From NCBI RefSeq assembly GCF_003171675.1, contig NZ_QFZQ01000001.1, positions 1,094,684 through 1,118,683 on the forward strand: a DNA stretch of 24,000 bases, written 5' to 3'. Shown one piece after another: positions 1-7,700 of the stretch. A program made the position numbers and the translations under genes. The notes beneath the pieces were generated by a model. That model saw nothing but the letters and a program-made list of their open reading frames with translations, did not search any database and was not told the DNA's origin. Each line of letters begins with the position of its first letter. The first letter of the stretch is position 1. The DNA is from Reichenbachiella versicolor (GTDB lineage: Bacteria; Bacteroidota; Bacteroidia; Cytophagales; Cyclobacteriaceae).

Positions 1-1
1 G

Positions 2-568
2 CTAGAAGAAGCTTTAAATAATAGAGTTGAATCGTTTTTATATGTATCTGCAATTAATGGAGATAAGCTAAGACATTTGAAAATCTTCGAAGCAAAGGAG
101 AAGTTCGTAGATGAATTAAAAGCTTCAGGATTGAACTATACGGTAATGAGACCCAATGGCTTTTTCTCTGATATGAAGGACTTTCTTGAGATGGCGCAGC
201 GTGGCAAGGTATACTTGTTTGGTGATGGAGAAAAAAAGCTCAACCCAATTCATGGAGAAGATTTAGCCAAAGCTTGTATCAATGCTGTACTAGAAGGACT
301 TAAAGAATATACAGTAGGAGGCGACGATGTATTGACACAAAATGAGATCGCAGCGTTAGCCCTGAAAGCTTGGGGAAAACCTATCAAAATAGTTCACCTT
401 CAAGACTGGATCAGAAGATTAATCATTTGGAGTCTAAGAACATTCACATCTTCCAAAACGTACGGGCCTTTTGAATTCTTCCTTACTGCGATGTCTATGG
501 ACAATATTGCTCATCAAAATGGTTCAAAGAGATTAGCGGAATTTTTTGACAGTCAGGTAATTCAATAA
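2..568 (+). CDS. NAD(P)H-binding NmrA-like / atypical SDR family protein, C-terminal part (5' end lies outside the window)
   Basis: The frame of the 77..568 ORF stays open back to base 2 (LEEALNNRVESFLYVSAINGDKLRH...). The stretch KFVDELKASGLNYTVMRPNGFFSDM is typical of NmrA/PF13460-type proteins. The TTG at 77 is probably not the real start. Confidence 0.55.
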   Translation, partial: LEEALNNRVESFLYVSAINGDKLRHLKIFEAKEKFVDELKASGLNYTVMRPNGFFSDMKDFLEMAQRGKVYLFGDGEKKLNPIHGEDLAKACINAVLEGLKEYTVGGDDVLTQNEIAALALKAWGKPIKIVHLQDWIRRLIIWSLRTFTSSKTYGPFEFFLTAMSMDNIAHQNGSKRLAEFFDSQVIQ

Positions 569-593
569 GTATTGTTATATAATGACTTCATAT

Positions 594-1901
594 TCACTTA
601 GAATTCATGATTCTTTCTTTCTGCTTTTCACTTAGCCCAAATAGAAAACTGATTTCAGGGTGATTGAAGATATCAGTTTTTTTCATTTCAGGATCATCTA
701 GGTCTAAGCTTAGATCACAATCAAATCGAGCAAGCATACTATAGCTTTGACTAGGACTACCTTTTTTCAGTATATCTCTGAAGTGACAAAGTCCCCAAGT
801 AATGCCACGTCCGTTGCCATTACCTAAGAATGCATCTGGGATATGAGGGCCAGGAGCAACTGGAAGCAACGACGTAATAGCAGCTATTTCAAAGTTGACA
901 CCATCTGGTGAATATTGAATCGTATTATGTTCTAAACCATGACGACTTACAATGGCTGCAATTCCCTCTTTGAATGGGAAGAGAGCGGTTTCATGACCAG
1001 AATTAATTACAGGATTAAGAGGGTGTTTAGTGAACGGACCGAAAGGATTATCCCCAATAGCAAGACCTTGTGCTTTCACTCGATGCTTACCACCCATCTC
1101 ACCCTTGTAGTAAACATAGATCTTACCATTATATACCATGGGAAACGGATCATGAATGATAAATTGATCCCATGTACCCTTTGGGCCATTTTCGATTACT
1201 ACCTTATTGGAAGGAGTCCAAGGGCCATCAGGACTATCAGCTACAGAAGCAGCCACGGGGCAATTGTCACCACGGTTCTTACTTTCACCTCCGGGCATTT
1301 CAGTATATGCTTGATAATAGAGGTAGTACTTATCCTTGTAAACCAGTATATCTGGCGTAGATACTGATCGCCATCCAGGGTATGGCTTTTCTAATCTAGG
1401 TACAGCTACTCCCTGTTCCTCCCACGTAAAACCATCGTCACTAGTGGCATACCATATTTCCGAAAGGTCCCAGTCTCTAGAGGGAATCGTATCATTTCCA
1501 CCAAAAGCATCAGGAGGAGTAGGAGTGTCTCTATGGGTATACCAGACGTAGTATTTTCCATTGATTTTAACCACTTTGGAGGGGTCTCTTCTAGAGATAC
1601 AACCGTTCTTCTTTCCGTAATCAAATCCCTCTAGAGGAGTGTATTTAAAAGTCGAGTACAGTTCATTGCTTTGTACCTCAAGTCCTCCATATGTTCCATC
1701 ATAGATCCGTTCAAACGCTGCACTCATTGGCGTGTTAGGCTTTTCTCTCGGTACTAGACCGTACGGAAAACCATTTGGATATTCATCTATTACTTGAGTG
1801 GAAGGCTGCGATTGCTGGGGTGTATCGCAAGAAAAAAGAAATAAGGAGATCACACCCAATAAAAAAAGAGTTTTCATACAGCCCTGATTTAGTTGATTCA
1901 T
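594..1901 (-). CDS. Secreted lipoprotein, five-bladed beta-propeller glycoside hydrolase (clan GH-F; GH43-like, possibly GH117-like)
   Basis: Lipoprotein signal MKTLFLLGVISLFLFSC, so the likelier start is the internal Met at 1877. Repeated propeller-blade motifs: RRDPSKVVKINGKYYVWYT, WYATSDDGFTWEE, TPDILVYKDKYYLYYQA, IHDPFPMVYNGKIYVYYKG. The GH117 versus GH43 choice is not resolvable by eye. Confidence 0.6.
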   Translation of the reverse strand: MNQLNQGCMKTLFLLGVISLFLFSCDTPQQSQPSTQVIDEYPNGFPYGLVPREKPNTPMSAAFERIYDGTYGGLEVQSNELYSTFKYTPLEGFDYGKKNGCISRRDPSKVVKINGKYYVWYTHRDTPTPPDAFGGNDTIPSRDWDLSEIWYATSDDGFTWEEQGVAVPRLEKPYPGWRSVSTPDILVYKDKYYLYYQAYTEMPGGESKNRGDNCPVAASVADSPDGPWTPSNKVVIENGPKGTWDQFIIHDPFPMVYNGKIYVYYKGEMGGKHRVKAQGLAIGDNPFGPFTKHPLNPVINSGHETALFPFKEGIAAIVSRHGLEHNTIQYSPDGVNFEIAAITSLLPVAPGPHIPDAFLGNGNGRGITWGLCHFRDILKKGSPSQSYSMLARFDCDLSLDLDDPEMKKTDIFNHPEISFLFGLSEKQKERIMNSK

Positions 1902-2230
1902 TTAGTCTAGTAATCAAGTAATATATCAAGATTATACTAATTATCACTCGTTTATGGATTTAATACATGTTGTTACTGTGTTGATAAACAGTTAATTATA
2001 AGCTGTAAAACTTTCCCTCTAAAGTGCCTAAATCGGTTAACTGATATCACATCCTATTCATATTGAGACGCTCTAATTGACACTTGAAAACTCTTTCATC
2101 TGCGTCTTAGGTTAAATATCTACTCCTATTAGGTTATTCATACTTACCTGAAATAACAGTTCATCATGTATAATCAACAGCTCAGCATAAAATAATGTGA
2201 GAAAAATTGAGATCGGGGAAGTTTTGAGCA

Positions 2231-2734
2231 TTGAATGATTCAAAAACTATAGACATGGAAATATTACTTCTTGATACAATCGGAATGACTCACTTAGTTT
2301 CTTCTTGCTTTGCACTGATATTCGGAACGATTATTTTGTTTGCCAGAAAAGGAACTAAGAGACACGCTAAAGTAGGCTACTTATACGTGATCAGTATGGC
2401 CGTCTTAATTGCTACCGCCTTCATGATATATAAGCTGTTCAACACTTGGGGTATATTTCATTACTCTGCAGTGGTTAGCCTCATCTCTATCATTCTTGGT
2501 ATGGTACCAATTTGGATCAAAAGACCAATCAATAGATGGAAGTATCTTCACTTTTCGTTTATGTACTGGTCGGTCATCGGTTTGTATGCTGCTTTTGCAG
2601 CAGAGATGTTAGTCAGAATACCAACCATACCTTTCTTCGGGATGGTAGGAATAGGTACTGGTGTAGTGTTTCTAATAGGAGTTATCATGTTTGCTTTCAA
2701 CAAAGCTAAATGGCAAAAGGTATTTGGGGATTAG
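2231..2734 (+). CDS. Multi-pass integral membrane protein, function unknown
   Basis: Four to five hydrophobic helices (LVSSCFALIFGTIILFA, LYVISMAVLIATAFMIY, AVVSLISIILGMVPIW, WSVIGLYAAFAAEML, VGIGTGVVFLIGVIMFAF). The track start is TTG 2231; ATG at 2255 (MEILLLD) is more likely. Confidence 0.5.
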   Translation: MNDSKTIDMEILLLDTIGMTHLVSSCFALIFGTIILFARKGTKRHAKVGYLYVISMAVLIATAFMIYKLFNTWGIFHYSAVVSLISIILGMVPIWIKRPINRWKYLHFSFMYWSVIGLYAAFAAEMLVRIPTIPFFGMVGIGTGVVFLIGVIMFAFNKAKWQKVFGD

Positions 2735-2823
2735 ACTTACTCATCGATCGTCATCCCAGAAGGTTTTCTCATGAGAGTGAAGAAAAGCTATCAGAGATCT
2801 TTTTTGTTTCGATATGACGAAAA

Positions 2824-2940
2824 GGGGAGTAATAAGTTCTCAAAAATCCTCGTCAATTACGAGGAAGAATGACGAAGTAATCTGTCAAAGTCAAGCAGTA
2901 CCTTACCTGAATAGATCGCCACGCTGCGCTCACGAAGACG
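2824..2940. repeat. Intergenic repeat, copy 1 of a ~117 bp direct repeat (partner at 3283..3400)
   Basis: ggggagtaataagttctcaaaaatcctcgtcaattacgaggaagaatgacgaagtaatctg...cctgaatagatcgccacgctgcgctcacgaagacg aligns along its whole length with 3283..3400, with scattered substitutions. A partial third copy lies at 2982..3015 (aacgtctattgcgaggaggtacgacgaagcaatc). Confidence 0.75.
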
Positions 2941-3037
2941 TTTTATATTGTAGGTTATTCTATACTTGAACTTAAAAAAACAACGTCTATTGCGAGGAGG
3001 TACGACGAAGCAATCAATCACCATTAAGTACAAATAA

Positions 3038-3180
3038 TTGTCATCTCAGAAGGTTTCTAACGAGAGTAAAGAAAAGCTATTAGGGGTCTCTCCGCTATGG
3101 TAATGATCAATGGGTACATTAACTGAGAGATCCCAAATAACCAATTCTTGCTTTCGCATCATTGCTTTTTGGGATGACGA
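3038..3180. repeat. Palindromic MITE/REP-like unit (inverted arms 'gtcatc[tc]cagaagg...ggggtctctc' / 'gagagatccc...tgggatgac')
   Basis: The left arm at 3038..3092 is nearly the reverse complement of 3125..3180. A solo copy of the same arm lies at 2749..2800 (cgtcatcccagaaggttttctcatgagagtgaagaaaagctatcagagatct). Confidence 0.65.
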
Positions 3181-3282
3181 TTAGTTAGGTCGTATTTTCA
3201 TTCTGATGTGAGGAAGAATCTACATCATCGAGAAAATAACTCCATAGTAGCTAGATCTTTCCTTGCATTAAGGTAACAAAAA

Positions 3283-3400
3283 GTGGAGTGAAGGGTTCTC
3301 AAAAATCATCGTCTATTACGAGGAAGTATGACGAAGTAATCTGTTAAAGTGAAGCAGCTACATTACCTGAATAGATCGCTGCGCTGCGCTCGCGAAGACG
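3283..3400. repeat. Intergenic repeat, copy 2 (partner of 2824..2940)
   Basis: See 2824..2940; same order and orientation. Confidence 0.75.
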
Positions 3401-3643
3401 GCTATTTGTTAAACTACACCGTTATTTTAGAAAAAACTTACAATCTGTTGGCAATTCCGTAATACTTTCTTAATGTTGTGATGCTAATCTTAGATACACA
3501 GGAAACCTAACCCATCTAATCTGCCTAGCCTGCAGCATCAATAAGCGTTTCCCAAGGACATAAGAGCAGTAAAGCAAAGCAATGTCAGCATTGACAAGGC
3601 TTGCGTATTTAATTATTTAAGTAACTTAAAAACATAATTAACC

Positions 3644-4027
3644 ATGGCAGTTAAATTTAAAGTAATTGAAAAAGGACAACCAGGAGTAGTAGGGGGTGGA
3701 ACTAAGAAGTTCTATGCCAGCACAAAATTATCAGGAGAAACGAATATTGAATTGTTGACCGCGCACATCGAGAGAATGAGTACGATGAGTGGAGCCGATA
3801 TCCGAGGGGTATTATATGCACTAGTAGATGTTGCGACTACAGAACTATCCAATGGTAGTATCATACGCTTAGGAGATTTAGGCAGTTTACGACTTTCGAT
3901 TAGCAGTATGGGAATGCCTACAGAAAAGGAAGTAACCGCAGGATCGATCAAGGGAACAAAAATTCTTTTCACCCCAGGTAAAAAGCTAAAGGACATGCAG
4001 AAGACAGTACAGTTCCAGAAAGACTAG
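3644..4027 (+). CDS. HU-family DNA-binding protein (Bacteroidota HU-HIG type)
   Basis: 127 aa. MAVKFKVIEKGQPGVVGGGTKKFYA...ERMSTMSGADIRGVLYALVDVATTELSNGSIIRLGDLGSLRLSISS is the characteristic Bacteroidota HU-like fold signature. It is followed by a strong terminator. Confidence 0.7.
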   Translation: MAVKFKVIEKGQPGVVGGGTKKFYASTKLSGETNIELLTAHIERMSTMSGADIRGVLYALVDVATTELSNGSIIRLGDLGSLRLSISSMGMPTEKEVTAGSIKGTKILFTPGKKLKDMQKTVQFQKD

Positions 4028-4087
4028 AATAAATAAGCATGAAATCATGAATTTCATGCTTAAAAAGGTCTAAAATGACGCTTACAA

Positions 4088-4129
4088 TTTTTAAAAATCA
4101 CACGTGGAAAAAAAAATACCACGTGTGAT
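4088..4129 (+). terminator. Rho-independent terminator of the HU-family gene
   Basis: Perfect 10 bp stem tcacacgtgg (4088-4097) / ccacgtgtga (4109-4118), followed by an 11-T run (4119-4129). An A-run precedes the stem, so it could work in both directions. A second hairpin (agcatgaaat/atttcatgct) lies at 4036..4060. Confidence 0.75.
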
Positions 4130-4700
4130 TTTTTTTTTTCGTAGTTAGGGGATGAAAAAACGATAGTAAGTGCTTTTTCAAGTGGTATTTAAGGAAAAAA
4201 GAGAACACAATTAGTTGTTTCTTCTTTTCTCGTATCCAAAGTACCGTTATTCATTAACACCTTTAAAATGGGTTTTTTGAAGATCATTTCACTAAGGCTT
4301 TTTCTAGAAAAATAGTATGAAATGTAGTGTCTTTTTGCTCTGTATTTTTGTAGAATCACCTTACTAAATAGCCCATTTATCAGCACTTCCAAAGGGGTGT
4401 TGGGAACTCAAAAAGTAACCCAAGTCAAGCAAGTTTTTAATATTATTCTACTTTTTGGATTCATAGATTAATCCCCCCAGCCCCCTTATCAAGATAGAGT
4501 ATTGTACCTTCTACTCTATATAAAAAGCTTCAAAAGTCATTTCATTATAAAAAAACGCAGTCATATTGAGCGGAGCGAAATATCTAACTAAGGACTTAGA
4601 AGACCCTTCACTTGGGTTCAGGGTAACTATCACCATTTTAGGCTGCATTATGCTTTGTTTCTAATAAGATGGAAGCAACTCAAGTGCATCATTAAAAAGG

Positions 4701-4754
4701 CTAGGGACTTCTATATAAGCTAGATTTCAGTCGCAAAACATTTGCGACCGAGCG
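4701..4754 (-). repeat. A-type repeat, short copy (hairpin gtcgcaaaacatttgcgac plus flank), related to group II intron domain IV remnants at 6715..6818 and 9216..9320
   Basis: ctagggacttctatataagctagatttcagtcgcaaaacatttgcgaccgagcg matches the right-hand half of the 6715..6818 and 9216..9320 copies. Confidence 0.6.
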
Positions 4755-4775
4755 TATATTCGATATATACAAATA

Positions 4776-4871
4776 TTACTAGGACACAAATCCACAAAAA
4801 CCACCGAAATCTATACACAAGTAGCGAACTCCAATTTCATGAATATCAAGAATCCGTTAGATTTGACATAA
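4776..4871 (+). pseudogene. C-terminal remnant (31 codons plus stop) of a tyrosine recombinase/integrase
   Basis: In-frame translation is LLGHKSTKTTEIYTQVANSNFMNIKNPLDLT*. This matches the LLGH..[ST]TxIYTHV...(K/R)(S/N)PLD box II motif, including the catalytic Tyr. No upstream reading frame exists, and the sequence 5' of it is the A-type repeat. Confidence 0.6.
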
Positions 4872-4929
4872 TGCTGTATAATCACCATTATACACATTAA
4901 CATTATAACTACGTTAGAGACAATCAAAA

Positions 4930-5598
4930 ATGGAAAAACCTAACTCAAAATTCCCAACCTACAAAGACCATCTTAACAAGACTTTTCTTGAAGAGTTGAA
5001 CTACAAATTTTGGTCAACTAAAGCCATCAGGTTCGGAGCAAGTAAAAGGCTACTGACTCAAAACGACTTGTCAAATAAGGCAATTGGCTTCTTGTCAGCT
5101 TACTTAATCATTTTAGGACTGTTATCAGTTTATAAAATAACAGGAGAAACTGCTATAAGTGACAATCTTATTGCATTTGGTTCGACAACGTTATCTATCC
5201 TCTTACTTGCATTTAGCCAGATGGAAGCGGCTCAAGATTTCAAGATAAGGGCTCGAAACTATCAAGACTGTGCCCTTAAAATATCTGCTCTCTATGACGA
5301 ATTAAGAATATACAAAACGTTAGAAGATAAATCATTTAAACCTGATACAGACTTTTGTAAATCCATTAGTAACAAGTACCAAGACATATTGGAAAGTTAT
5401 CCTAATCATGACAGCATAGACTACGCTAAATTTAAAGCAGAGCATAAAGAATATTTCGAATTAAGTACGATGAATTGTTTGAAAATCAGACTAAAATACT
5501 ATCTCAAGGTACAGCTTGCATATCATCTGATGATCGTCATTCCTCTTGTGGTAATAGTTTTTTCTGTTGTCCATTCATTATCCGAAAAAAGTCTCTAA
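4930..5598 (+). CDS. 2-TM protein, SLATT-domain-like (SMODS/SLOG-associated 2TM effector family), stand-alone
   Basis: 222 aa. N-terminal YKFWSTKAIRFGASKRL is followed by two TM helices (AIGFLSAYLIILGLLSVY; LIAFGSTTLSILLLAFS), then a helical region EAAQDFKIRARNYQDCALKISALYDEL. This layout is as I recall for SLATT_5-type proteins. An extra C-terminal TM is present. Confidence 0.45.
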   Translation: MEKPNSKFPTYKDHLNKTFLEELNYKFWSTKAIRFGASKRLLTQNDLSNKAIGFLSAYLIILGLLSVYKITGETAISDNLIAFGSTTLSILLLAFSQMEAAQDFKIRARNYQDCALKISALYDELRIYKTLEDKSFKPDTDFCKSISNKYQDILESYPNHDSIDYAKFKAEHKEYFELSTMNCLKIRLKYYLKVQLAYHLMIVIPLVVIVFSVVHSLSEKSL

Positions 5599-5882
5599 CA
5601 ATAGATATAGTTTATGGGCACGCTGTCTTTAGCTGACTAGGTTTCGAACTAACCGTGAATTCTATCTACCTAGCAGCGATTCTGTATATAAGTAACTTTC
5701 TGCTCGGTCGGTGCAAGTGGTGGAAAGCAGGTGGCTCAATGGACGGCTGAACATCAGAGAAATCAGCTCACCTTTGCTTTTCGTGAAAAGCGTCCTACAT
5801 TCAAGATAGATTCACTACTTTAGTACCTTTAGAAACAATAAGCACACAAAGCTATATCTGGTCGTTATGATTTATTAAGCAC

Positions 5883-6431
5883 ATGAAAACTTATAACCTA
5901 ACAATAATCTTCGCGCTTTGTGTTATTCTGATTTCAGTAGCATGTTCTGAATTAGCTGATTCGACCTGTCAATGTACTGAACGTGCATGCTTCTCGAAAG
6001 ACAACCCTGTGATCACTTTAGCTTTTGAGATTACATCGAGTCAACAACTTAACTCCGAAGATTTCGATAGCATAACGGTGGTTCAACTCAAACTTGATAA
6101 CACACCCTTAGATAGTATCGAAACAAGCTTTGTTCCGATCGAATTTGGTAGCTCAACGCTTCAACTTAAAATTGGTGAAGAATACTCAAACTTTCGCTTC
6201 CCATTTTCTGAATCCAAATTGCTCATAAAAAATATTGACCTTCAGCAAAACGATACAATTTCAAATATCAGCTATAATGCAATTGAAACAGAAGAAGTCT
6301 GCAACGTATGCTCTGGAGGTCCTAATTGTCAAGACGAAACTTATATTGTAATCACTTATAATTCTCCTAACCTTAGCTACAACCAACTCGACTTAAGCAG
6401 TTTTGAAATTCCATACACCGTAAAAGAATAA
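5883..6431 (+). CDS. Small lipoprotein, function unknown
   Basis: The signal peptide with lipobox MKTYNLTIIFALCVILISVAC is followed by a Cys-containing mature part (CQCTERAC ... CNVCSGGPNC). Confidence 0.55.
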   Translation: MKTYNLTIIFALCVILISVACSELADSTCQCTERACFSKDNPVITLAFEITSSQQLNSEDFDSITVVQLKLDNTPLDSIETSFVPIEFGSSTLQLKIGEEYSNFRFPFSESKLLIKNIDLQQNDTISNISYNAIETEEVCNVCSGGPNCQDETYIVITYNSPNLSYNQLDLSSFEIPYTVKE

Positions 6432-6438
6432 AAATCAT

Positions 6439-6818
6439 AATCGAGTAGACGGCCGTGAGCCATAAGCTCACGGAGCGCCTCTCACACCACCGTATCCCGT
6501 ATCAAGTACGGGACAGGTTGTACCGATCTGGTATACGGCGGTTCATCAAATCAACTAACTAGACAAAATTGCATTACGATTGTATCTACATATAGCAACT
6601 CTGATGCGACCTCCATATTCAACCTAATCCTATAACTTCACTCTCCTGACACCATCAAGTTTATAATGGTAAAAGTCAAAAAGTACAACCCTTCATTATC
6701 ACGAATCTTGTACCGGTTAGCCATAGCTACCAATTAAAATTAAGAACACCGAAATGAAATTGCTAGATACTTCTATATAAGCTTGATTTCAGTCGCAAAA
6801 CATTTGCGACCGAGCGGG
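6439..6818 (-). mobile_element. ORF-less group II (IIC-like) intron 3' fragment: domain IV remnant (A-type repeat 6715..6818), spacer, and domain V/VI-like element (6439..6550)
   Basis: The minus strand reads GAACCGCCGUAUACC-AGAUC-GGUAC...AUACGGUGGUGUGAGAGG followed by a hairpin and CCGUCUAC. The 5' and 3' strands match the domain V of group IIC introns as I recall it (CGC triad). No reverse transcriptase ORF is present. Confidence 0.55.
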
Positions 6819-6919
6819 TTTTAAGTAAGAAATAGTATACATGTGATTTTGGTTTGTTTGTAGTTTCGGATATTCTATTATTGTAGGTATCAATTGAACT
6901 ATTATGTGATATATATAAT

Positions 6920-7462
6920 GTGAATAGATGGAGTATGTTAGATACCAGATTATCTAAAATGACCTTAGACAAACTAAATATTACATTTGCGACAATTCTG
7001 TTATTCAGTGTTACATATTTGCTGGATCTCTTCTTGCCGAAAGATGAAATTAAACTCACAGAACAACAAACTTCCTTTTATTCAGAGTCAGGAAATCAAC
7101 CTTCTATCACAAAACTTGATTACGGATACGGTTCGCACACAACTTCCTATAATTCGGCCCAACTTAAGTTTGGAAATAACAGCATGCTAATGCCCTTGGG
7201 TCGACAGGCTGGAAAGCTTAGAGTAGAGTTGATCAAAAAAGGAATTGATATCAAGGTATCGAAAATATTCAGACTGGTTACCTCTTATAAACTTTCTAAT
7301 ATTAAGTATAACAGTAGAGACTATATTTTCATTAACTGGAGCCTCTTCATCTCATTAATATTAATGACGATTGAAAAAGCGTTTCGACCAGGAGGTGATA
7401 TTTTGTATTGGATGTCAATTCTTGCATTTGCATTAACCTCTTATATAATGTTCATAATTTAA
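6920..7462 (+). CDS. Hypothetical membrane protein
   Basis: An N-terminal TM (ITFATILLFSVTYLLDLFL) and two C-terminal TMs (INWSLFISLILMTI; ILYWMSILAFALTSYIMFII). The start is uncertain (GTG 6920; ATG 6935 or 6959). No recognisable domain. Confidence 0.4.
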   Translation: MNRWSMLDTRLSKMTLDKLNITFATILLFSVTYLLDLFLPKDEIKLTEQQTSFYSESGNQPSITKLDYGYGSHTTSYNSAQLKFGNNSMLMPLGRQAGKLRVELIKKGIDIKVSKIFRLVTSYKLSNIKYNSRDYIFINWSLFISLILMTIEKAFRPGGDILYWMSILAFALTSYIMFII

Positions 7463-7700
7463 AAAGTAGCTAACAAGCTGTGATAGGGCATGCCCATGTT
7501 CACTTACAGAATCATTACAAGAAGATATTCAACCGATCCGACCAGAGAGTGTTTATGATGGCCTTCCTAAGTATTCCTAAATCTAAAAGTGCGGCAATAT
7601 TATTGAAAGGATAATGCTATTTAAGCAAAGAACAATCTTCAAGCAGAAAGATTAAAATGATAATATTATCTTGCGATCGCAAAAATAACCTAATACCAAT

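Noticed and set aside
939-1624. Track ORFs 939..1367(+), 1172..1360(+) and 1406..1624(-) inside the glycoside hydrolase gene
   Set aside because: They lie entirely within, or antisense to, the well-supported 594..1901 CDS. They have low-complexity or odd composition and no motifs, so they are shadow ORFs.
3712-3996. 94 aa ORF antisense to the HU-family gene
   Set aside because: It is fully contained in a confidently assigned CDS on the other strand and has no recognisable features.
4189-4392. 67 aa minus-strand ORF downstream of the HU terminator
   Set aside because: It has no motif, sits in AT-rich repeat-laden sequence, and has no plausible start context. It could be a gene fragment, but I cannot support it.
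5606-5672. tRNA-like T-arm (ggtt-tcgaact-aacc) with flanking complementary ends tagata/tatcta
   Set aside because: The T-stem is not contiguous with the putative acceptor stem. The total length is only ~67 nt, and no D-arm or anticodon-arm pairing can be drawn. At best it is a degraded tRNA or att remnant.
6763-7190. Track ORFs 6763..7059(-) and 6987..7190(+)
   Set aside because: The first overlaps the A-type repeat and the start of the 6920..7462 gene. The second is an alternative frame inside that gene. Neither has supporting features.
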